Source: an uncultured Acidobacteriota bacterium
GTDB taxonomy: Bacteria; Acidobacteriota; Blastocatellia; RBC074
Reading direction: 5' to 3'
Assembly: GCA_963796275.1 (NCBI GenBank)
Contig: CAWCKY010000006.1
Location: forward strand, 1,568,001 to 1,632,000
DNA length: 64,000 bases
Positions 13,216-23,700 of the stretch are shown here, piece by piece. The translations under genes were made by a program, and so were the position numbers. The notes below the pieces were generated by a model. The model worked only from the letters and a program-made list of their open reading frames with translations. It was not told the origin of the DNA and ran no database searches. The first letter of the stretch is position 1. Each line of letters opens with the position of its first letter.

Positions 13216-13932
13216 TTAGGAGCGGGGCAGGAAACTCATGCAGACAAATTTGAGAGTAGCCTCGCCGATCTGAATAAGATCGCCATTAGACAGTAAATAG
13301 GGTTCCTGCGGCGTCAATCGCATGCTGCCGTTGATTAACGTTCCGTTGGCGCTGCCCAGGTCCTCGACGAAGTAGAGGTGGCCGCGCACAGTAATTCGGG
13401 CATGACGACGTGAAACACGCGAAGCCGGGTCGTATTTGGTCAGATCGACCTCTGGCCGTATGCCGCGGTGTGGATCAATGCGACCGATTATCATCTCACC
13501 ATCCGACGCGAGGGGGAAATTTTCCTCGCTTTCGGCGGTAAGGATGAGGAGTTTAGTGGACCCGAACTCGGTGGTCGGCGGGCGATCGCCGAAGTAGATG
13601 CGATAGAGATCGCTTGGAGTCATTTGATGCCCGCAGTGATGGCAGGATGCAATCGAAGGACTCAAGGAATTGCCAACCTGTGTGGCATAGAGTTCGTTCT
13701 CGCGCACCAGGGTATCGAGAAATATCTCGCGCTCCGTTTCGGTCAACGCATCCCAATCCCCTCCTCGATCAGCGCATAAGCGGCGCACTTGCGCCACGGC
13801 GTAATCGAGACGCGCATTGCGTTGCAAGTGATCATCTTCGGTAAGCAACACCAGCAGTAGTTGCTTGTGCTCATCCGAGAGCTGATCGATCCAATCTCTC
13901 AATTTTTGTTCGACAGATGAAGAGTCTGACAT
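13216..13932 (-). CDS. FHA-domain protein with uncharacterised helical N-terminus and CxxC motif
   Basis: IIGR.DP...[31 protein letters not shown] motifs; CHHCG upstream. Confidence 0.88.
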   Translation of the reverse strand: MSDSSSVEQKLRDWIDQLSDEHKQLLLVLLTEDDHLQRNARLDYAVAQVRRLCADRGGDWDALTETEREIFLDTLVRENELYATQVGNSLSPSIASCHHCGHQMTPSDLYRIYFGDRPPTTEFGSTKLLILTAESEENFPLASDGEMIIGRIDPHRGIRPEVDLTKYDPASRVSRRHARITVRGHLYFVEDLGSANGTLINGSMRLTPQEPYLLSNGDLIQIGEATLKFVCMSFLPRS

Positions 13933-14442
13933 TCAGCTTCCTTCACTGTAATGCTCGTTGTGAGAGCAGATACCATGGGAGTGTATAGTTTTTTTTGCCT
14001 TCAGTGACAACCTCAATGATTCACAGGAGAGAATTCTATCTTGTTTTGTAAATATCGACAAAATAATTAGATAAAATTTTGGGAGAGTAGGGATCGGTTG
14101 CCAATTCGGCCATGAGAATCGCCGGGGCTGAAAATGTATGACAGAAATGAGGAAATGGCCAGCGATTGACAGCAGATTAATTTTTTTATCCTTGGTACCA
14201 GGCACAAAATTCCACGTCTTATATGTACGGATGAAATGAGTGAATGCGCGCATTCGATACCGGCAGTCCCGATTCTTTACGTCCGTTTCAAGTCTAACTC
14301 CTCACCAGTCATAGAGTTATCGTGGCTGGTCCGGTTGGCTTTTGGGTTTCCATGGCTGCATCAACTTGTCTTACGAAACCGGCAAGTATTGCTGCAGATT
14401 TCTCTCGTCAATTTCTCATATCGTTGATTAAGGAGGCGCCTC

Positions 14443-14907
14443 TTGGATCGCAGAGTTAATACGGCAATCCAATTTCTGTCCGATGCCATAACTGATGCTG
14501 TTATTGGTAATTTACCAGCCGGATCAGGTCACGATGAATGTGAGATAAAAGATAGATTGTCGCTGGATAAGCTGGCACGATCTGTGAATCTATCCCGGTC
14601 GCGGTTGCGAGCCCTGTTCAAATCTGGAACTGGAATGACTCCGGCGCAATACATAAAGCGCCTCAAAATAGAGAAAGCGAAGGAACTGGCGGAAAAAAGC
14701 AATATGACCATGGGGCAGATTTTAGCGAGTTTAGGAGTCCGTGACGAAAGCCACTTTCGGCGTGACTTCAAGAAAGCCATAGGTATTACTCTCAAAGAGT
14801 GCAGAGACCTCCATTACCAGCAGCCCAAAGAACCGCTTAGTCAAAGATTCCAGTTTTTATCAAGTGTACAGTCAAATCGGCCCGCAAATAGTCAAAACGG
14901 CCAGTGA
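14443..14907 (+). CDS. Short (DNA-binding-domain only) AraC/XylS-family transcriptional regulator
   Basis: LSLDKLARSVNLSRSRLRALFKSGTGMTP.QY...AKEL...G..DESHFRRDFKK..G; TTG start with AAGGAGG SD; no N-terminal sensor domain. Confidence 0.9.
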   Translation: MDRRVNTAIQFLSDAITDAVIGNLPAGSGHDECEIKDRLSLDKLARSVNLSRSRLRALFKSGTGMTPAQYIKRLKIEKAKELAEKSNMTMGQILASLGVRDESHFRRDFKKAIGITLKECRDLHYQQPKEPLSQRFQFLSSVQSNRPANSQNGQ

Positions 14908-14930
14908 ATAGTCATTTAGGCTCTGTTTAT
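14869..14930 (+). promoter_or_regulatory. Three direct repeats at exact 20-bp period; putative AraC-type operator, cassette 1
   Basis: AGTCAAATCGGCCCGCAAAT / AGTCAAAACGGCCAGTGAAT / AGTCATTTAGGCTCTGTTTA at 14870, 14890, 14910; near-identical copy at 25521. Confidence 0.6.
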
Positions 14931-15036
14931 TACTATGAGATATCGATAACTTAAGCTGACTAATCCGAGTGGTTGATATTTAGTCGTTGGCCGGATTTGT
15001 TGTATCCATCTGTCTTCCAAAGGGAGGGTTCATATA

Positions 15037-17553
15037 GTGAAAAGAAATCTTCTGTTTTTATGCATGTTTGCCATGTGGTGTTTCGCCGTCTTGGGTTCGG
15101 GGAAAATTTTCACTAACAGCAGCGCGCAACAAGCCGACATTGAACTTTCGCTGGCTCCTTTGTCGATTCCCGACAATACGATCGGAATCCGTGTGCGAGG
15201 GGCGAGTAAGAACGGCAAGCGTCTGGTCTTCGAATCGGAGAACAATTTTAACGGCGGCAATCCCGATCGAAACCCCGAGATTTTTGTTTTTGATGTCGAT
15301 TCACAAAGTATAATTCAGATAACCAACTCCCAGAATGGGACAACCCCAATAGTTTTTGTCAAAAACCTTACGCCATCGATCAGCGGTGATGGAACCAAGA
15401 TCGTCTTCTCTTCCAATGCGCCTTTGGGCGATATGCTTGACACTGATCACAATTATGAAATGTATTTGGCCAATCTGCCGCCCGGCGCGACGACGGCGAC
15501 GATTAGTCGCCTGACCAAGACCGATCCGGACTTTTTTTGTGGCAACGTGGGTCCAAGCGTCAATGATGACGGCAGTATGATCGTTTTCGTATCGAGATGT
15601 AAGTCCTTCAATGAGACCAATGTTGCAGGGTCATTCACTCCCGATAATCCTGAGGGTAACCCTGAGATTATGGCGCTTCGGCTGGATCCTGGGCAAACGC
15701 GATATCGATATATTCAGGTGACGGGTACGCAAAATTATAATCAGTGCGGGGCTACGTGTTCCAGCCATACTCCGAGAGTCAGCGGCAATGGGATGGTGGT
15801 GGCGTTTCTCTCTTACGGGGATTTTGAGGGCAGAAACGGCGATGCGAACGGGGATTTTGAAAATGAAGAGATTTTCCTGAGCAGGTATGATCTTGGGAGT
15901 AGTAGATTCGCTAACATCATACAGGTCACCGATACCATTGAAAACAACGGTGTGGGGGGAATCGTTCCGATCTTCGATGTAATGACGGGAAAATTCCGAG
16001 TAGATAATAATAGGGCGAGGGGAAACCTGTTTCAGTGGATTATGAATCCGCTGAGCAATGATGGGAGGTGGCTCGTGATGGAGTCGGCGGGAAACTATGA
16101 TGGGATCAATCACAACAAGGCGCGGAACGTCTGGCTTTTCGATACAGTCAACCGCTCTTTTATTAGGCTTACCAATCAGATGGCCTCTCCTGTGCCGACC
16201 CAGGATGAACTGCGGCAACTCGACTATTTCTTCTTTCCCAGCATCAATGCGGCGGGAACATTCATCACTTTCAGCTCGTCGCTCAATCTCACATCGCAGA
16301 ACCCCGATGGCAGCAAAGAGGTTTTCAGGTACGAGATTAACCATGGGAGTCTCCGGCAGCTTACGTTCACCCAGCCTTCGTCCTTCTACGACGATGAGCG
16401 TGACAACTACACATCATCATTTCTCTCTGCCAATGGCGATATCGTGTCATTCAATTATCTGACGCAATCGCTGCAGCCCAACGCAGAGAACGTGATTGGC
16501 CTTTTCCAGATGATCATCCGCCCGGTCACGAGGAGCTCTCCGGGGGCCCGTATCGTTAATGGCGCGAGCTTCGATCCGGCACAGGTCGCGCGGGGCTCGC
16601 TGAGCACAGTCCAGGGCAATGAGCTGGCCAATTCGACTCCATCGGTCCCTGCCAGTCCGCCGTTTATCGTGGATGGCGTATCGGTCTCAGTGGGAGGGAT
16701 CGCGGCGCGGATTACCTATGTCTCGCCGGGACGTGTCAATTTCGTCGTCCCGAATGAAATTGCGACTGGTGATGCGGTTGCTTTCTCAGTCAACAACAAC
16801 GGAGTGCAGTCGGCCGGGACGATCAAGATCGTCGATGCCGCGCCTGGCATCTATAGCGTCGACGGGAGCGGGACAGGAATGCCGACTGCCACCTGTTTAA
16901 GCAAATTCCAGGGCTTTCATGACATTTATTACGACCCTCCGTGCGTAGCGAGTGGGGCCAATCTGGACAGTATTCTATTCTTCTTTGGGACAGGGTGGCG
17001 CAATGCGCTGGGAACCCAGGTCAAGCTCAACGGTATGACACTGACGCCGGTCTACAGCGGGGCTGCAGGCGGGGGAGATCGGAGAGATCAGATCAACCTG
17101 GTAGTGCCTTCCAACCTTGCCGGGTTGACCGATGCCGATATCTCGGTGGTGGCATCAGGGATCAATCTTGAGAGTAATAAATTGAAGGTCTCATTCCAGG
17201 AAATCTCGACGGCCCTTCTCCTCTTGGATAGCAGCAGATGTTTAACTAAGAGGCCCGGGATGCCTGATGAGTACTCATATCCACCGTGTACGGTGAGCAG
17301 CGACACAACAACCGGGATTCTGGTCCTTTATGGCACCGTGTTTAGCAATGCGCCAAGTCTGCAGGTCAAGTTTGAAGAAGTGACATTGAGTCCGGTATAC
17401 AGCGGACCGTCGGGGAATAATCCAGCGATAGATCAGATGAACATCCCGCTGCCACCGAGTCTTGCCGGCAGGACGGGCCATATCTCAGTGATAATTCCCG
17501 GCACCGGCGTCGAGAGCAATAAGGTGAGCATCTCATTCCAGCCGCTTCCGTGA
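15037..17553 (+). CDS. Secreted TolB/PD40-like beta-propeller protein with TIGR03437 (Solibacter C-terminal)-like domain, copy 1
   Basis: Signal peptide; repeated PSISGDG.KIVFSS / PSVNDDG / PRVSGNG / PLSNDG blades with N.D.N.EIF; C-terminal NGASF...ARGSL...GVSVSVGG..A.I.YVSP..VNF.VP...APGIY...DQIN, plus a second copy of the last Ig-like subdomain. Confidence 0.8.
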   Translation: MKRNLLFLCMFAMWCFAVLGSGKIFTNSSAQQADIELSLAPLSIPDNTIGIRVRGASKNGKRLVFESENNFNGGNPDRNPEIFVFDVDSQSIIQITNSQNGTTPIVFVKNLTPSISGDGTKIVFSSNAPLGDMLDTDHNYEMYLANLPPGATTATISRLTKTDPDFFCGNVGPSVNDDGSMIVFVSRCKSFNETNVAGSFTPDNPEGNPEIMALRLDPGQTRYRYIQVTGTQNYNQCGATCSSHTPRVSGNGMVVAFLSYGDFEGRNGDANGDFENEEIFLSRYDLGSSRFANIIQVTDTIENNGVGGIVPIFDVMTGKFRVDNNRARGNLFQWIMNPLSNDGRWLVMESAGNYDGINHNKARNVWLFDTVNRSFIRLTNQMASPVPTQDELRQLDYFFFPSINAAGTFITFSSSLNLTSQNPDGSKEVFRYEINHGSLRQLTFTQPSSFYDDERDNYTSSFLSANGDIVSFNYLTQSLQPNAENVIGLFQMIIRPVTRSSPGARIVNGASFDPAQVARGSLSTVQGNELANSTPSVPASPPFIVDGVSVSVGGIAARITYVSPGRVNFVVPNEIATGDAVAFSVNNNGVQSAGTIKIVDAAPGIYSVDGSGTGMPTATCLSKFQGFHDIYYDPPCVASGANLDSILFFFGTGWRNALGTQVKLNGMTLTPVYSGAAGGGDRRDQINLVVPSNLAGLTDADISVVASGINLESNKLKVSFQEISTALLLLDSSRCLTKRPGMPDEYSYPPCTVSSDTTTGILVLYGTVFSNAPSLQVKFEEVTLSPVYSGPSGNNPAIDQMNIPLPPSLAGRTGHISVIIPGTGVESNKVSISFQPLP

Positions 17554-17562
17554 GATGGCCAT

Positions 17563-17626
17563 CTGAGATTTGAGATTTAATATTCGTCCTTAATACAAAT
17601 TTCAAATTTCAAAATTTCAAAATCTC
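17563..17626. repeat. Heptamer-repeat hairpin (TTTGAGA/TTTCAAA) between propeller gene and rhs gene
   Basis: ctgagatttgagattt ... aaatttcaaatttcaaaatttcaaaatctc; shorter version at ~28223-28270. Confidence 0.55.
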
Positions 17627-17745
17627 TGTGGCCGAGCCTGATTACTGATCACAGCAATATCGTGGTTGGGATTGTTAATAGTCGATTTCGATTATAGATG
17701 ACCGTCCCAGTTTTGTCTCCAGTCGGTCATCAGGAGGTTGAATCT

Positions 17746-20700
17746 ATGTCTCGCCTGCTTGCGAAGTCCTCTCTCTTCTTGGCTCATTCCATTCACTCAG
17801 CTCTTTCCGCGTGTGGAACTCTGCGTGCCGCATTCCGGCAGACAGGAGGCTGTCTGTCGTCACTCTTGCGCGCGCTCATGTTACGACGCGAGCCCGAGAG
17901 ACGGCGATTCGCCCCTTCCGCCATCCATCGTTTCGTCTGCGCCGCGATGGTGATAGTGATGCCTGCCCAGATGGTACTAGCTTCGCCTCAGATTACTCAC
18001 GCCCTGGCGGAGGGCGTCCGGGTGAGATCGATCAATTCGTGGCAGAGGGCGGAGCACTGGTGGGGCGCGAGCGGGTGGGGGGCGAGCTCGGCGCTCTTCG
18101 TGCGAGAGAACCTTCCCTTCCTGGGCTCCGCCAAGCCGCAGAGGAAGGGAGGGGATGGGAGAGGGGCGCCGGCGGGAGAGCGGATGCCGCAGCCGAGACC
18201 GCAGGAGACGCAGGCAGAGCGCCAAGCGCGTGTGGCGCGTGTGGAGGTGATACCTGCAGAGGCCGCCGTCAGACCCGATCAGGAGGTGGAGTTCATCGTC
18301 ATCGGATATGATAGCGATGGTGCGCCGGTCAGCAGCTTGCCGTTTGAGCTGAGCGGAGAGGATGAGAAGACCGGCGAGAGTGTGGCGGTGGGGGGGAAGG
18401 GGAAGTTTGCCGCCTCCCGAGAGGGAGATTACCGGGTGAAGGTCAATGCGTTGGGCCATCGGGCCGAAGCCAGGGTGAAGGTGAATACTGCCCCGGGGGC
18501 GCTGAGTGACAGACCGGTGGTTCCCTATACCTTTTCATCGCGCGACCTGCCACAGGCACCGCGATCCAGTTCGTCGGTTACGCCCGGGAACCGGCGCCCC
18601 GGCAAGCAGAAGGGAAATATCGTAGGAGGATTGGCTTCGAGGTACGCGGCGAGCGGGACGAAGCTGATGGCGGCGATCGCGCAGAGCCAGGGAGACCTCT
18701 ATGGGTGGAACGACGGCAACGCGACGACGGCGGATGATCCCGGATCGGGGCGAGGCATGCCGACCGGAGAGCCGCCCGATGGTGGAGCGGGCAGCGCCAA
18801 TTTCCAGTTCACCGCGCCGGTGCTGGCAGTGGAGGGGCGAGGTCTTGACCTGGATCTGGGGATGTACTACAACGCGCGCGTCTGGCATAAGGCGGGCCCC
18901 GTGATCACCTACAACATCGATAACGAACAAGTGCCCGGCTGGCGGTTCGGCTTGAGTAAGATAGTGGGAATGGGCGAGCAGAGCGGATTTATGATCATGG
19001 AAGCCAACGGGACGCGGCGGTCATACACGTGTACGATCACGCCGCAGCAGCCGATCGGATTCGCAGACTGCAAGACCACCGACGGTTCATTCATCGACTA
19101 CCACGTGGAGGCGTCTTACCCTGGAGGAAAGCCGATCTCGGCGCGGATGGCGCTGTCCAACGGGACGGTGATCACGATGGACACGGCCAACCCATATGGG
19201 TCTGGTCCGAATGCGGTCTACCCGCAGAATATTCAGGATAGTCACGGGAATCGGATAAATATCGCGTATGCGCCCCACTCATTCCCCTATGGAGGGGAGC
19301 CGAAGATTCGCTACATCATCGACACGATGGGGAAGGTGATCGAGTTCTATTATAACGCCGATCACCTGCCGGTAGCGGTGACGGCGCCCGGGTTGGACGG
19401 GACGAGGCGGACGATGGTGCGGATCACCTACGATTGGATAAATAAAAGCAGCCTGGGAACATTCACAAACATGGTTCCGCTGATCCGTAATACTTCATAT
19501 CCACGTGTGAAGGCGATCTATTATCCGGAAAGCAAGACGGGGTGGTGGTTCGGGGATTCCTATTCGGTCTATGGGATGCTGGCGAAGGTAGTCAATCAGC
19601 GGGGAATGAGCTTTAGTGGGGCGTCGCTGCCGGCCGATTCGTTACAACCGGCAGATATGGGAACGATCACGCCTGGAGTGATGACGCACCAGTTGGTCTA
19701 TGACTATCCGATGGTATCGAGCGGATTGAGGGATGAGCCGAGATATCAGACAATGACCGAGACGTGGGCGTATATGGATGAGGCGCCGGCGGTGACGCGA
19801 TATCTGGTGCAGGAGGATGCGACGCCGCGGCGAACGGAGATGACGCGGCCTGACGGGGTGAAGATGGTGATGCTGTCGCATAACGCGCCGGGAGATTTCA
19901 AGGATGGTCGTGTATATCAGAACGAGACCTTCAGCCCGCAGGGAGCGCTGCTGAGCCGGTCATACATCGAATGGGAGGAGGGGAACTGTCCGCAGCCGGG
20001 GCAGGCGCCTGGACCATACGAGTATTGTGCGCCGCGAGTGAGCCGGATAGAGACGACTGATGAACTGGGCCAGACGACGGGCAAAGAATACAGCTATGGG
20101 TCGCACTTCAACCAGGTGGGGGAGACGCGCCTCTATGGGTATGGGTATAAATTTGATGGGACGAAGACGTTGCTGCGGAAGACGAAGACTGAGTATATGA
20201 ATGATGGGAAGTATATCGATTATCGGCAACGAGCGTATGGGAGCCACATCTACAATCTGGTGAAGGCGAGCGAGGTATATGGGGCAGATGGGACGACGCG
20301 GTTGGCGCGCACTGAGTATTCCTATGATGAAAACACAGGGACAGGGGGATTGAAAGATGCGCCTGAGATAACGACAGATGGGTATAACAGTTACTTCAAC
20401 CCGCATAGTACCCCGGGAAACATCGATACGTGGAATCGGGGAGATGTCACGAGTGTCAAACGATACGCGAAGGCGGCGACGCTGGAGGGTGCGATCACCG
20501 GGACGATGGATTACGACACCACGGGGAACGTGGTGAAGGTGGTGCCGCAATGCTGCGGTCAGACGATGATCGAATACACGTTAAACACGCAATACTCGTG
20601 GCCGGAATCGGTGACCAGCGGATCGGTGACTGAGACGACGAAACAGAATAAGACATTCGCGACCTATGATTTCGGCACTGGGCTGTTGAAGAATGAGACC

Positions 20701-23700
20701 GATGCGAATGGACGGATATCGCAATATGAATACATCCCCGGAACGACACGCCCATTAAAAGAGATAGGGCCGACCGGGGCCTACACCTATCACGAGTACG
20801 ATGATGCGGGGCTGAAGGTGATGGACTTCGTCTACAGGGCTGGGGAGAGCGAGGGGGATTTCTCTTCGCGCAGCGATAAATACCTGAATGGGCAGGGCCA
20901 GGTGCGCTTGGCGATCGGGTATGGGAAGGATGACGTGCAGGATCAGGTGGCGAGCCGATATGACCAGATGGGAAGAATGAAGCAGCAGAGCCGGCCGTAC
21001 CGCGATGGGGAGACGCCGCAATGGAGCACGGTGACCTATGATGACCTGGATCGGCCGATGAAGACGACCTCGCCTGACTTGAGCGAAATGACGAGAGCGT
21101 ACAACGAGGAGGTGGAGCCTGAAGGGGCATTGGGGCAGGCGGGGCAGACGGTGCGAGTGAGGGACGCGTGGGGGCGAGAGCACTGGGCGCGCAGAGACGC
21201 GCTGAGGAGGCTGGTGGAGGTCATCGAACCGAATCCGGATGGGGACGGAAGTGTGGGGACAGGCGGGCTGATCACGACCTACAGTTACGATGAGCTGGAT
21301 CGGTTGATTGAGGTGAGGCAGGGAAACCAGAGGCGGAGATTCAGGTATAACTCGTTTGGACAGGTAACGCATCAGAAATTGGCGGAACAGGCTGGGACGC
21401 TCAATGACCAGGGGGAGTATGTTGAGATGGGGGGGCAGTGGAGCAGTGTCTTCAAATACGACCCACGGACGACCCTGATGACAGAGAGCGTGGATGCGCG
21501 TGGGGTGAAGACGGTCTTTGAATACAACGACGATCCGCTCTACCGGGTGCAGACGCTGAGATATGACAAGAGCGGAGTGCCTGCGAGTCTGGCGGGGACG
21601 ATACTGGATGCGGCGAGTGTGGATTACTTCTATATGACGACAGGAGACGTGACGCGGCTGCGGAGTATGGAAGTGGCTTCAGGGATGGGCAACGAGACGA
21701 TGAGCTACGACAGCGAGGGAAGGCCGAGCGAGGTGGTGCGGACCTTTGCGGGACGTGGGGACTATCCGCTGGTGATGAACTATGAGTGGGATGAGCTGGG
21801 TCGGCTGAAAGCGATGACCTATCCGAATCAGTACGGAGCTGGAGATATCCGCAAGAAGGTGGAATACACCTATGACAGCGCGAGCCGGGTCGAGAGTATG
21901 AAGTTCGGGGGAGTGTCCTTCGCCGCCAACCCGGTCTACAACGCAGCGGACCAGACGACGTCGTTGAAGGTTGGTAGCCAGACCGTCGAGAACTATGGCT
22001 ATGACCTGCAGACGGGACTTCTGACGACACAGCAAGTCGTGCGCGGCGGGACGGATAAATTGGTAGATCTGAAGTACAACTACACGCTGACCAATGATGC
22101 GAACAACAGCGGAGCGAAGACGGGGCAACTGACGGGGATCACGGATCTGAAGAACCCGGCGCGCAACCGGATACATAAATACGACAATCTAGGAAGATTG
22201 AAGATGGTCCAGGGAGGAGCCAATGCGTTCACGAGCCCGGACTGGAGTCAGAGCTACAGATATGATCGGTTTGGGAACAAGTTGGGAGTGACGAAGAATG
22301 GTAACTCGCCGCAGATACCGCTGGATGGGATGGGGAGTGTGAGCGTCAACCCACTAAACAACCGGATCACGAGCGCGGGGTTTGCGTATAACGATACGGG
22401 AGATCAGACGAGTGCGGTGATCGACGAAAGCGGGACGCAGCAGCAGAGTCAGTATGATGCGGCAGGGAGGCTGGTGAAGGTGCTGGACGGGAGCGGGACG
22501 ACGGTGCTGGCGAGCTATAGCTACGGAGCGGGCAACCAGCGGCTGATGAGCGTCGAGGGCGGAGTGACGAGGTATTTCGCGTGGGGAGGAGAAGGGATAT
22601 TGAGCGAGTACGAGGCAGTGGGAGCGAGCGGGTTGAAGTGGAAGACGAGTTACGTCTATCTGAGCGGGCAGCTCATGGCGACGACGAGTGGGAGCGATGG
22701 GAGTGAGACGCGATTCCATCACCCGAATCGATTGGGTGGCACGAGGCTGGTGACCGATGCGGCGAATGGGGAGATAGTGGCGGAGCAGTTGAGCTTGCCA
22801 TACGGGACGATGCAGCCGTATGGGGCGTATGGCGGAGACAACTCGTATCAGCACCCGACCAAGAGCAATCCGTCGAGGAAGCGGTTCACGAGCTATGATC
22901 TGGACGATGCGACTGGAATGCATTATGCGGTGAATCGGTATTACAGCAGCCGGCAGGGGCGATTCACGCAGGTCGATCCGATAGTGATGGGATCGGTGGA
23001 GTTGGCGAATCCGCAGAGTTTGAACCTGTATGCGTATGTGGAGGGCGATCCGGTAAACAGTAGAGATCCGTTGGGGCTTGATGGTCTGTCCTTTTCTTTC
23101 GGAGGACCCTATCCGACAGGTGGAGGAGGTGGTGGCTGGTGGAATAGCTTGTTATCGTTTGGGCCGTTTACCTTCAGTTTCGGGTTTGGCAGTGGATTTG
23201 GGGGCCCATTCATTCCATGGTTCCCACTTCCCATGAACAGGATGCTGTTGCTGCAGCAACAACTCGGGATACAGCCAACATACGTGGCGAAGCCACAGGA
23301 GCCCAAACCACTACTGCCGCTGCTACAGGAGCCACCTACGGCTCAACCTTTTGTGAGCAAGAGCCCCTCGATCTCTGAAAGCGATTTCTATTACAACGAG
23401 GAGTATGGTGCGACTTTAAGAATTGGACAAGCATCAGAATCCAAAGCAAGCGCTGATGGTTTTTTTGCCAATGTTAGGAAGTGGCTTCCTGGAAGTTTTG
23501 GCTTGAGTATTGATGCCGCAGCTAATGCTGGTATGGGCATGGGATATAATGCTGTTGGTTCGGCAGGGATTGGCACATTTTCTGGGCGCCCATTTTTCGG
23601 ATTGCCAAATGGAGCATTTGCTAGCGGTGGCGTTTCTGGATATGGAACTAATCACCCATTCAGTTATCCACAGGAAGTGCCGGACAAGATTGGGGGACTT

